This document shows positions 23,885 to 35,170 of a DNA stretch of 55,652 nt, in pieces. The position numbers and the translations under genes are program-made. The notes beneath the pieces are model-generated. The model searched no databases. It worked only from the letters and a program-made list of their open reading frames with translations, and was not told where the DNA came from. The stretch comes from Macrostomum lignano (lineage: Eukaryota), in assembly GCA_002269645.1 (NCBI GenBank), contig NIVC01004201.1, positions 1 through 55,652 of the forward strand. The letters are read 5' to 3'. Every line of letters starts with the position of its first letter. The stretch's first letter is position 1.

Positions 23885-26800
23885 CAGACTGACAGTCAGA
23901 GACTAGCAGTGAGAGACTGACAGTCAGAGACTGGCAGTGAGAGACTAGCAGTGAGAGACTGGCAGTGAGAGACTGGCACTGAGAGACTGGCACTGAGAGA
24001 CTGGCACTGAGAGACTGGCACTGAGAGACTGGCAGTGAAAGACTGCCACTGAGAGACTGGCAGTCAGAGACTGGCACTGAGAGACTGGCACTGAGAGACT
24101 GGCACTGAGAGACTGGCACTGAGAGACTGGCACTGAGAGACTTGCACTGAGAGACTGGCACTGAGAGACTGGCAGGGAGAGACTGGCACTAAGAGACTGG
24201 CACTGAGAGACTGGCAGTCAGAGACTGGCACTGAGACACTGGCACTGAGAGACTGGCACTGAGAGAATGCCACTGAGAGACTGGCAGTCAGAGACTGGCA
24301 CTGAGACACTGGCACTGAGAGACTGGTACTGAGAGACTGGCACTGAGAGACTGGCACTGAGAGACTGGCAGGGAGAGACTGCCACTGAGAGACTGGCACT
24401 GAGAGACTGGCACTGAGAGACTGGCACTGAGACACTGGCACTGAGAGACTGGCACTGAGAGACTGGCACTGAGGGACTGGCACTGAGAGACTGGCAGGGA
24501 GAGACTGGCACTGAGAGACTGGCACTGAGAGACTGGCACTGAGAGACTGGCAGTCAGAGACTGGCACTGAGAGACTGGCAGGGAGAGACTGGCACTGAGA
24601 CACTGGCACTGAGAGACTGGCACTGAGAGACTGGCACTGAGAGACTGGCACTGAGAGACTGGCAGTGAAAGACTGCCACTGAGAGACTGGCAGTCAGAGA
24701 CTGGCACTGAGAGACTGGCACTGAGAGACTGGCACTGAGAGACTGGCACTGAGAGACTGGCACTGAGAGACTTGCACTGAGAGACTGGCACTGAGAGACT
24801 GGCAGGGAGAGACTGGCACTAAGAGACTGGCACTGAGAGACTGGCAGTCAGAGACTGGCACTGAGACACTGGCACTGAGAGACTGGCACTGAGAGACTGG
24901 CACTGAGAGACTGGCACTGAGAGACTGGCAGTGAAAGACTGCCACTGAGAGACTGGCAGTCAGAGACTGGCACTGAGAGACTGGCACTGAGAGACTGGCA
25001 GGGAGAGACTGGCACTGAGAGACTGGCACTGAGAGACTGGCACTGAGAGACTGGCACTGAGAGACTGGCACTGAGAGACTGGCACTGAGAGACTGGCAGT
25101 GAGAAACTGGCAGTGAGAGACTGGTACTGAGAGACTGGCAGGGAGAGACTGGCACTGAGAGACTGGCACTGAGAGACTGGCACTGAGAGACTGGCAGGGA
25201 GAGACTGGCACTGAGAGACTGGCACTGAGAGACTGGCACTGAGAGACTGGCACTGAGAGACTGGCAGGGAGAGACTGGCACTGAGAGACTGGCACTGAGA
25301 GACTGGCACTGAGAGACTGGCACTGAGAGACTGGCACTGAGACACTGGCACTGAGAGACTGGTACTGAGAGACTGGCAGGGAGAGACTGGCACTGAGAGA
25401 CTGGCACTGAGAGACTGGCACTGAGAGACTGGCACTGAGAGACTGGCAGTCAGAGACTGGCACTGAGAGACTGGCACTGAGAGACTGGCACTGAGACACT
25501 GGCACTGAGAGACTGGTACTGAGAGACTGGCAGGGAGAGACTGACACTGAGAGACTGGCAGGGAGAGACTGACACTGAGAGACTGGCACTGAGAGACTGG
25601 CAGGGAGAGACTGACACTGAGAGACTGGCAGGGAGAGACTGACACTGAGAGACTGGCAGGGAGAGACTGGCACTGAGAGACTGGCACTGAGAGACTGGCA
25701 GGGAGAGACTGACACTGAGAGACTGGCAGGGAGAGACTGGCACTGAGAGACTGGCACTGAGAGACTGGCAGGGAGAGACTGACACTGAGAGACTGGCACT
25801 GAGAGACTGGCACTGAGAGACTGACACTGAGAGACTGGCACTGAGAGACTGGCACTGAGAGACTGGCACTGAGAGACTGGCACTGAGAGACTGGCAGGGA
25901 GAGACTGACACTGAGAGACTGGCACTGAGAGACTGGCACTGAGAGACTGACACTGAGAGACTGGCACTGAGAGACTGGCACTGAGAGATTGGCACTGAGA
26001 GACTGGCACTGAGAGACTGACACTGAGAGACTGGCACTGAGAGACTGGCACTGAGAGACTGGCACTGAGAGACTGGCACTGAGAGACTGGCACTGAGAGA
26101 CTTGCACTGAGAGACTGGCACTGAGAGACTGGCAGGGAGAGACTGGCACTAAGAGACTGGCACTGAGAGACTGGCAGTCAGAGACTGACACTGAGAGACT
26201 GGCACTGAGAGACTGGCACTGAGAGATTGGCACTGAGAGACTGGCAGTCAGAGACTGACACTGAGAGACTGGCACTGAGAGACTGGCACTGAGAGACTGG
26301 CACTGAGAGACTGGCACTGAGAGACTGGCACTGAGAGACTGGCACTGAGAGACTGGCAGTCAGAGACTGGCACTGAGAGACTGGCACTGAGAGACTGGCA
26401 CTAAGAGACTGGCACTGAGAGACTGGCACTGAGAGACTGGCACTGAGACACTGGCACTGAGAGACTGGCACTGAGAGACTGGCACTGAGGGACTGGCACT
26501 GAGAGACTGGCAGGGAGAGACTGGCACTGAGAGACTGGCACTGAGAGACTGGCAGTCAGAGACTGGCACTGAGAGACTGGCACTGAGAGACTGGCAGTCA
26601 GAGACTGGCACTGAGACACTGGCACTGAGAGACTGGCACTGAGAGACTGGCACTGAGAGACTGGCACTGAGAGACTGGCAGGGAGAGACTGCCACTGAGA
26701 GACTGGCACTGAGAGACTGGCACTGAGAGACTGGCACTGAGACACTGGCACTGAGAGACTGGCACTGAGAGACTGGCACTGAGGGACTGGCACTGAGAGA

Positions 26801-29685
26801 CTGGCAGGGAGAGACTGGCACTGAGAGACTGGCACTGAGAGACTGGCACTGAGAGACTGGCAGTCAGAGACTGGCACTGAGAGACTGGCAGGGAGAGACT
26901 GGCACTGAGACACTGGCACTGAGAGACTGGCACTGAGAGACTGGCACTGAGAGACTGGCACTGAGAGACTGGCAGTGAAAGACTGCCACTGAGAGACTGG
27001 CAGTCAGAGACTGGCACTGAGAGACTGGCACTGAGAGACTGGCACTGAGAGACTGGCACTGAGAGACTGGCACTGAGAGACTTGCACTGAGAGACTGGCA
27101 CTGAGAGACTGGCAGGGAGAGACTGGCACTAAGAGACTGGCACTGAGAGACTGGCAGTCAGAGACTGGCACTGAGACACTGGCACTGAGAGACTGGCACT
27201 GAGAGACTGGCACTGAGAGACTGGCACTGAGAGACTGGCAGGGAGAGACTGGCACTGAGAGACTGGCACTGAGAGACTGGCACTGAGAGACTGGCACTGA
27301 GAGACTGGCACTGAGAGACTGGCAGGGAGAGACTGGCACTGAGAGACTGGCACTGAGAGACTGGCACTGAGAGACTGGCACTGAGAGACTGGCACTGAGA
27401 GACTGGCACTGAGAGACTGGCAGTGAGAGACTGGCACTGAGAGACTGGCACTGAGAGACTGGCAGGGAGAGACTGGCACTGAGAGACTGGCACTGAGAGA
27501 CTGGCACTGAGAGACTGGCAGGGAGAGACTGGCACTGAGAGACTGGCACTGAGAGACTGGCACTGAGAGACTGGCACTGAGAGACTGGCACTGAGAGACT
27601 GGCACTGAGAGACTGGCACTGAGAGACTGGCACTGAGAGACTGGCACTGAGAGACTGGCACTAAGACACTGGCACTGAGAGACTGGTACTGAGAGACTGG
27701 CACTGAGAGACTGGCACTGAGAGACTGGCACTGAGAGACTGGCACTGAGACACTGGCACTGAGAGACTGGCACTGAGAGACTGGCACTGAGACACTGGCA
27801 CTGAGAGACTGGTACTGAGAGACTGGCACTGAGAGACTGGCACTGAGAGACTGGCAGGGAGAGACTGACACTGAGAGACTGGCACTGAGAGACTGGCACT
27901 GAGAGACTGACACTGAGAGACTGGCACTGAGAGACTGGCACTGAGAGATTGGCACTGAGAGACTGGCACTGAGAGACTGACACTGAGAGACTGGCACTGA
28001 GAGACTGGCACTGAGAGACTGGCAGGGAGAGACTGACACTGAGAGACTGGCACTGAGAGACTGGCACTGAGAGACTGGCACTGAGAGACTGGCAGGGAGA
28101 GACTGACACTGAGAGACTGGCACTGAGAGACTGGCACTGAGAGACTGACACTGAGAGACTGGCACTGAGAGACTGGCACTGAGAGATTGGCACTGAGAGA
28201 CTGGCACTGAGAGACTGGCACTGAGAGACTGGCACTGAGAGACTGGCAGTGAGAAACTGGCAGTGAGAGACTGGTACTGAGAGACTGGCAGGGAGAGACT
28301 GGCACTGAGAGACTGGCACTGAGAGACTGGCACTGAGAGACTGGCAGGGAGAGACTGGCACTGAGAGACTGGCACTGAGAGACTGGCACTGAGACACTGG
28401 CACTGAGAGACTGGTACTGAGAGACTGGCAGGGAGAGACTGACACTGAGAGACTGGCAGGGAGAGACTGACACTGAGAGACTGGCACTGAGAGACTGGCA
28501 GGGAGAGACTGACACTGAGAGACTGGCAGGGAGAGACTGACACTGAGAGACTGGCAGGGAGAGACTGGCACTGAGAGACTGGCACTGAGAGACTGGCAGG
28601 GAGAGACTGACACTGAGAGACTGGCAGGGAGAGACTGGCACTGAGAGACTGGCACTGAGAGACTGGCAGGGAGAGACTGACACTGAGAGACTGGCACTGA
28701 GAGACTGGCACTGAGAGACTGACACTGAGAGACTGGCACTGAGAGACTGGCACTGAGAGACTGACACTGAGAGACTGGCACTGAGAGACTGGCACTGAGA
28801 GATTGGCACTGAGAGACTGGCACTGAGAGACTGACACTGAGAGACTGGCACTGAGAGACTGGCACTGAGAGACTGGCACTGAGAGACTGGCACTGAGAGA
28901 CTGGCACTGAGAGACTGGCACTGAGAGACTGGCACTGAGAGACTGGCACTGAGAGACTGGCACTGAGAGACTGGCACTAAGAGACTGGCACTGAGAGACT
29001 GGCACTGAGAGACTGGCAGTCAGAGACTGGCACTGAGAGACTGGCACTGAGAGACTGGCACTGAGAGACTGGCACTGAGAGACTGGCACTGAGAGACTGG
29101 CACTGAGACACTGGCACTGAGAGACTGGTACTGAGAGACTGGCAGGGAGAGACTGACACTGAGAGACTGGCAGGGAGAGACTGACACTGAGAGACTGGCA
29201 CTGAGAGACTGGCAGGGAGAGACTGACACTGAGAGACTGGCAGGGAGAGACTGACACTGAGAGACTGGCAGGGAGAGACTGGCACTGAGAGACTGGCACT
29301 GAGAGACTGGCAGGGAGAGACTGACACTGAGAGACTGGCAGGGAGAGACTGGCACTGAGAGACTGGCACTGAGAGACTGGCAGGGAGAGACTGACACTGA
29401 GAGACTGGCACTGAGAGACTGGCACTGAGAGACTGACACTGAGAGACTGGCACTGAGAGACTGACACTGAGAGACTGGCACTGAGAGACTGGCACTGAGA
29501 GACTGGCAGGGAGAGACTGACACTGAGAGACTGGCAGTGAGAGACTGGTACTGAGAGACTGGCACTGAGAGACTGGCACTGAGAGACTGGCACTGAGAGA
29601 TTGGCACTGAGAGACTGGCACTGAGAGACTGGCACTGAGAGACTGGCACTGAGAGACTGGCACTGAGAGGCTGACACTGAGAGGC
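23885..29685. repeat. 5.8-kb 14-bp satellite (GAGACTGGCACTGA)n with higher-order structure
   Basis: About 400 tandem units with recurring variants. Confidence 0.97.
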
Positions 29686-30257
29686 GTCACTATAATAAAG
29701 CGGCAACGCTAGAAATACGGTTGTTGTTTTCTAAATGGATTTCTCAAAGATGTGCTTGTTTGCTCAGCGCTGAATGGAGTTCTGCCATAGACAAAATCGG
29801 TTGGAGAAAAATCTCTCGAGAGAAGCCACAATTCAGTGAAACTTCGCTTCCTTGCCAGTCTCCAGTAGCAGTTCATTTAACAATGGCAGCTTGATAGACC
29901 TTCACACTGAACCAGTGGTATTTTTTCCTTAACCTCTGTTTCAACCTCTTTTTCAGTGCTGCAATACAGCTAGCAAATTAAGCAATTGTGAGCTGCAGCC
30001 ATTTGCCAAAGCAATTAATTAAAAACTGTTCGAAGCTCTGCTTAGCAAAGCGGCTTTCACTGCGCCTGGCAAGCGAAATTGCTTTTGCTAAAAGGCTGAT
30101 TGAAGACCGCGGTTAGCATATTTTTCAGAACAATGCTGACGATGGAGACGCAAAGTCTGACTCTGAATTTTGTGCATTAACAAAAAGGTTTTTTATTTAT
30201 TTTCGTTTTCAGTTAAAAAAATTTTGAAACGCAATTATTTAATAGAGAACTTGCGAA

Positions 30258-30540
30258 TGTCATGGCTCATGATGGAGTTGCTGAGATGCCATGGCTCATG
30301 ATGGAGTTGCTGAGATGCCATGGCTCATGATGGAGTTGCTGAGATGCCATGGCTCATGATGGAGTTGCTGAGATGCCATGGCTCATGATGGAGTTGCTGA
30401 GATGCCATGGCTCAAGGGGGAGTTGCTGAGATGCCATGGCTCAAGGGGGAGTTGCTGAGATGCCATGGCTCAAGGGGAGTTGCTGAGATGTCATGGATCA
30501 TGATGGAGTTGCTGAGATGTCATGGCTCAAGGGGAGTTGC
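30258..30540. repeat. 29-bp minisatellite (CATGGCTCATGATGGAGTTGCTGAGATGC)n
   Basis: About 10 tandem copies. Confidence 0.92.
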
Positions 30541-30564
30541 TGGTATCTTAGGCTACAAAGCTTG

Positions 30565-31125
30565 CTAGTGGAACTCGGGGGGGGGTGATGCTGGAGTTAA
30601 GATTGCTAGTGGAACTCGGGGGATACTGGAGTTAAGATTGCTAGTGGAACTCGGGGGGGATACTGGAGTTAAGATTGCTAGTGGAACTCGGGGGGGATAC
30701 TGGAGTTAAGATTGCTAGTGGAACTCGGGGGGATGCTGGAGTTAAGATTGCTAGTGGAACTCGGGGGGATACTGGAGTTAAGATTGCTAGTGGAACTCGG
30801 GGGGGATACTGGAGTTAAGATTGCTAGTGGAACTCGGGGGATGCTGGAGTTAAGATTGCTAGTGGAACTCGGGGGATACTGGAGTTAAGATTGCTAGTGG
30901 AACTCGGGGGATACTGGAGTTAAGATTGCTAGTGGAACTCGGGGGGGATACTGGAGTTAAGATTGCTAGTGGAACTCGGGGGATACTGGAGTTAAGATTG
31001 CTAGTGGAACTCGGGGGGGGAATACTGGAGTTAAGATTGCTAGTGGAACTCGGGGGGGGGGGATACTGGAGTTAAGGTTGCTAGTGGAACTCGGGGGGAT
31101 ACTGGAGTTAAGGTTGCTAGTGAAA
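30565..31125. repeat. ~35-40-bp minisatellite (GCTAGTGGAACTC-Gn-ATACTGGAGTTAAGATT)n with a variable G-run
   Basis: About 15 tandem copies, no spacers. Confidence 0.92.
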
Positions 31126-31348
31126 AACGAGCCTGTGCTCTTGACGTTGATCTCGCATCCCCTACCCTTGTAGCAGTTTTGCGGGAGCGCAGCCAACAAT
31201 TATTGAACAACAGCGAGAGGCGCCAGTCAAATCTTTCCCAGCCTCCCTGGCAACGCCCTCAAGCACATAAAAACCAATTTGCAATTTCTGCTCTGCTTTT
31301 AATAATTCTGACAAGGTTAAATTTGCAAGCAGTGAAATTTTAACTACA

Positions 31349-32386
31349 ATGAAGCTGCCGATTCTGCTGCTGCTGCCTCTACCACAAATCCTGCTGGCGT
31401 CTCACGGGCTGCAGCGCCAAGCTGAGTTCCGCCGGCTGAGCAGCGCCAACGGCTCGGCAGCGCCGCTGCGCTTTCACTTGAGTTGCGGCAGCTCCGCCAT
31501 TGACTGCGCAAGTCGCTGCGCTGAGCTGGGCGACTGCTTCGGGTTCGCCTTCGTCAGGCTGCTCTGCCGGCTGTTCACCTTCGGTGCCTTCTTCGACAGC
31601 TGGACGGCCTCCGAGCCGGGGACCGCCGTTTTCACCCGGCCGCTCAGTGAGTCTATATGGATATCCTTAGTGCTGAAAGCAATGCATTTCAGGATTGATA
31701 AAACCAGCGCCGAGACAAATCTGACCATTCGGCTGACTCTTGAGCACAGTGCAAGCTCGCCAACACTGTACGCAGGCACTCATGCACTCGCTCACACAGG
31801 GTGTTACCGTGGCACTTACTTTCTAATAGTCAGGCATTTGCACTCTCTGTGCCTTTGGGCTGGGGGTTGGCGATCATGGCTGTGGATCGCAAGACAACCC
31901 ACCGGCCAATTTTCATGCACACAAGTCGACGGAATCGATCAGTTATCACTTCAAGCATACAATTTATTAACCTGCTCAGATATGGTCCAGCTGCCGATGC
32001 AGAGCTGCTCTCAGAGTTCAGTATACGACGACGGCGTCTGCTCCCGAGCTATCGACGGCAACACTGATCAAGATCTAACCCAAGGCTCCTGTACCCATAC
32101 CGGCTGCTGGCCCAGTATGCGGCAGTGGTGGACCGCCAACTTCTCTGCTGCATCGTTTGTGTCTTACGTGATCATCTACAACCGGATGGACTGCTGCTCA
32201 AAGAGGCTGGACGCATTCTCCATCCTAATGGATGGAGTCAGCTGCGCTGAGAGAAACGAAACGTTCTCATTCTCGGTCGGCAACTTCACGTGCGGCAGAT
32301 TCGGCAGTCAGCTGACTGTGCTCAACAGCCCGGCAGAGTGCCTGAGCATGTGCGAGCTTAAAGCCTATGGCTTCAGGTTCCCTTGA
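31349..32386 (+). CDS. Secreted PAN/apple-like + F-type lectin (fucolectin, F5/8 type C) protein
   Basis: Signal peptide; C-x3-C...C-x2-F...C pattern; SQSS...RAIDGN...SCTHT...WW...IYNRMDCCSKRL contains the F-type lectin H...RxDx4R motif. A hidden in-frame intron cannot be excluded. Confidence 0.82.
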   Translation: MKLPILLLLPLPQILLASHGLQRQAEFRRLSSANGSAAPLRFHLSCGSSAIDCASRCAELGDCFGFAFVRLLCRLFTFGAFFDSWTASEPGTAVFTRPLSESIWISLVLKAMHFRIDKTSAETNLTIRLTLEHSASSPTLYAGTHALAHTGCYRGTYFLIVRHLHSLCLWAGGWRSWLWIARQPTGQFSCTQVDGIDQLSLQAYNLLTCSDMVQLPMQSCSQSSVYDDGVCSRAIDGNTDQDLTQGSCTHTGCWPSMRQWWTANFSAASFVSYVIIYNRMDCCSKRLDAFSILMDGVSCAERNETFSFSVGNFTCGRFGSQLTVLNSPAECLSMCELKAYGFRFP

Positions 32387-32724
32387 AATTCAAATTTGCA
32401 TTGGGATTTTTTTCAGAGATTTATTTATGACTAAAAGTGGAACTTAATCTAGGCGGTCAGGCAATTGTGAGCAAAATATAACGGCCTCATCATAACGCAA
32501 TCTCTATTGTGAAGCAGACAGGTAGAACCTTTCTGTCAACCTTTTTGTTCTACTTTGATCGCCCCACAGCGGGGCAGAGCAGCTCGCAGCGGCAACCGCA
32601 TCTGCCTCTCGCGCCCCGACCCCTGGTTCGATTCCCTGTGCAGCCAACATTCATTTGGGGCTTGTGCGCGCGAAATTTGTTGGTGGCTTGTCGTGCGATT
32701 CCCACCCATTAGGGCCAATCACAC

Positions 32725-33465
32725 TCTTACTCTCCCCCACTCCCTTCTCTCCCACTCCCAATCTCCCCAACTCCCCTCTCTCCCACTTCCACTCTCCCCC
32801 ACTCCCCTCTCTCCCACTTCCACTCTCCCCAACTCCCCTCTCTCCGACTCTCACTCACCCCCACTCCCACTCTCCCCCACTCCCTTCTCTCCCACTCCCC
32901 TCTTTCCTACTCCCATTCTCCCCCACTCCCTTCTCTCCCACTCCCCTCTTTCCCACTCCCACTCTCCCCTACTCCCTTCTCTCCCACTCCCCTCTTTCCT
33001 ACTCCCACTCTCTTCCACTCACTTCTCTTCCACTCCCCTCTTTCTCACTCCCACTCTCTTCCACTCCCTTCTCTCCTACTCCCCTCTTTCCTTCTCCCAC
33101 TCTCCCCCACTCCCTTCTCTCCCACTCCCCTCTTTCCCACTCCCACTCTCCCCCACTCCCTTCTCTCCCACTCCCCTCTTTCCCTCTCCCACTCTCTCCC
33201 ACTCCCCTCTTTCCCACTCCCACTCTTCCCCACTCCCTTCTTTCTCTCCCACTCCCCTCTTTCCCACTCCCACTCTCCCCCACTCCCTTCCCTCCCACTC
33301 CCCTCTCTCCCACTCTCTTCCAATCCCTCACTCCCACTCTCCCCCACTCCCCCTCTCTCTCACTCCCCTCTCTCCTACTCCCCTCTCTCCCACTCTCTCC
33401 CACTCTCTCCCACTCCCCTCTCTCCCATTCCCCCTCTCTCTCCCACTCTCCCTCCCAATCCACTA
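32725..33465. repeat. Degenerate pyrimidine-rich repeat (CTCCCACTCCC-like)
   Basis: Almost G-free C/T/A tract on the + strand. Confidence 0.9.
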
Positions 33466-33946
33466 AGTGAATTTAGTATTCGAACTAGCAATCTACGCCC
33501 CCCGTTGGGGAGCCAAAGAAAGAATGTAATGATGTAATGTAGCAAGCAATCCCCCAGACAGCAAGCATCACTTTCCCACTCCCACTCTCTTCCACCCCCT
33601 TCTCTACCACTCCTCATCTATGATTGATGCAACTTTTTCATTTTTAGTATATTAGATTTACCGACTGCATTACTTAAAAGTAGCAAAGTCAGCGGTGGAT
33701 TATTAAATTTTATATATGCTCATAAGTTTCTATTATACTCGTATATTTTCCTGCCAATTAGTGAACCAGCGCGTGAGCACGAGCAATGCAGACAGGCAAT
33801 TCAGAAATGTTGTTTTAGAACTTCGGTGCGCTGGGACTGCGTTATCTACTATTAAACTTGACTTTGTATTGCGTAGAGACTTGACAATAGCTTGAGAAGC
33901 CCCTAGCAGATAAAGAACAGACTTAGTTACACAGCTTAGAGACTCA

Positions 33947-34062
33947 GGGGTCGTACTATAAAGCTGTCGTAGCGTAAGTTCGATCGTACGTCGGAACTTT
34001 TACACTGCGGAGATAGGAGCTAAGAATGATCTTATCTTACGATGGCTTTATAGAATGGGCCC
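33947..34062. mobile_element. Possible decayed Harbinger-type MITE
   Basis: TCA flanks on both sides, GGG...CCC termini, imperfect ~25-bp inverted ends. Confidence 0.4.
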
Positions 34063-34240
34063 TCAGTGAGTTGAAGCAGGGGAGCGCAGAGAAAGAGCTG
34101 AAAGCGCATGCAATTACAAATTTGTTTCTAACGTGGACAGCTGAAGCAGAGGGGGCCGGAAAATTCTACTACTTTGCTGGAGACCATTTTTTACCATAAA
34201 AGTTCCAATAATCCCACATTTTGGACTTCTGAATTCCACT

Positions 34241-34845
34241 TATCGAGCTGCCATTGCTGCATGAGCTGCTACTGGAGACTGGCAAGGAAGCGAAGTTCCA
34301 GCGATGTCCCAGCTGCTTCTGTCTCTGTAGTCCAGCTTTTCTAGACGGGTTCTTCTCAACCGATTTTGTCTATGGCAGAACTCCATTCAGCGCTGGGCAA
34401 ACAAGCACATCTTTGAGAAATCCATTTAAAAAACAACAACCGTATTTCTAGCGTTGCCGCTTTATTATAGTGACACCTCTCAGTGCCAGTCTCTCAGTGC
34501 CAGTCTCTCAGTGCCAGTCTCTCAGTGCCAGTCTCTCAGTGCCAGTCTCTCAGTGCCAATCTCTCAGTGCCAGTCTCTCAGTGCCAGTCTCTCAGTGCCA
34601 GTCTCTCAGTACCAGTCTCTCACTGCCAGTCTCTCAGTGCCAGTCTCTCAGTACCAGTCTCTCAGTACCAGTCTCTCACTGCCAGTCTCTCCCTGCCAGT
34701 CTCTCACTGCCAGTCTCTCAGTACCAGTCTCTCACTGCCAGTTTCTCACTGCCAGTCTCTCAGTGCCAGTCTCTCAGTGCCAGTCTCTCAGTGCCAGTCT
34801 CTCAGTACCAGTCTCTCAGTGCCAGTCTCTCACTGCCAGTGTCAT
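34241..34845 (-). repeat. Inverted copy of 29685-29897 unique DNA plus a short inverted 14-bp satellite array
   Basis: 34241-34476 is the reverse complement of 29685-29897 (diverged); 34477-34845 is (CAGTGCCAGTCTCT)n. Confidence 0.9.
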
Positions 34846-35170
34846 GGCAACACCCCATTTAGAGATCTAACTGCTTCTTCAGAGACCGAAATCCGGTCTC
34901 TGCGGGGAAGTTCGCACTTGCAGCGACCTTCAACTTCAGCTGTCCTGAGTAGAAGTCCTTGACACTGGTTTAGTTTTGGATTTTGAAGCAGTGCTGAATG
35001 CTTGTCATATATGAGGTTGCAAGTAGCCTATTTAGGCGCGTACTAACCGCGACAAACTCTGCTTAACTTGCAGCAGAAGCTCTTAAAACTAGCTATTGAG
35101 AGTTTTTCGCGTCTTATCCCATTTTGCTAGGCAAATTTAGCAATGCTGCTGAGCTGCTCCAGCTGACTCC

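Noticed and set aside
23865-29706. Very long ORFs (up to 839 aa) of SQCQSLSASLSVPV repeats
   Set aside because: They are translations of a stop-free 14-bp satellite, open in all three minus frames, with no unique coding content.
30258-31125. 29-40-bp repeats of CRISPR-like length
   Set aside because: The units are directly adjacent with no unique spacers, there are no cas genes, and the context is eukaryotic.
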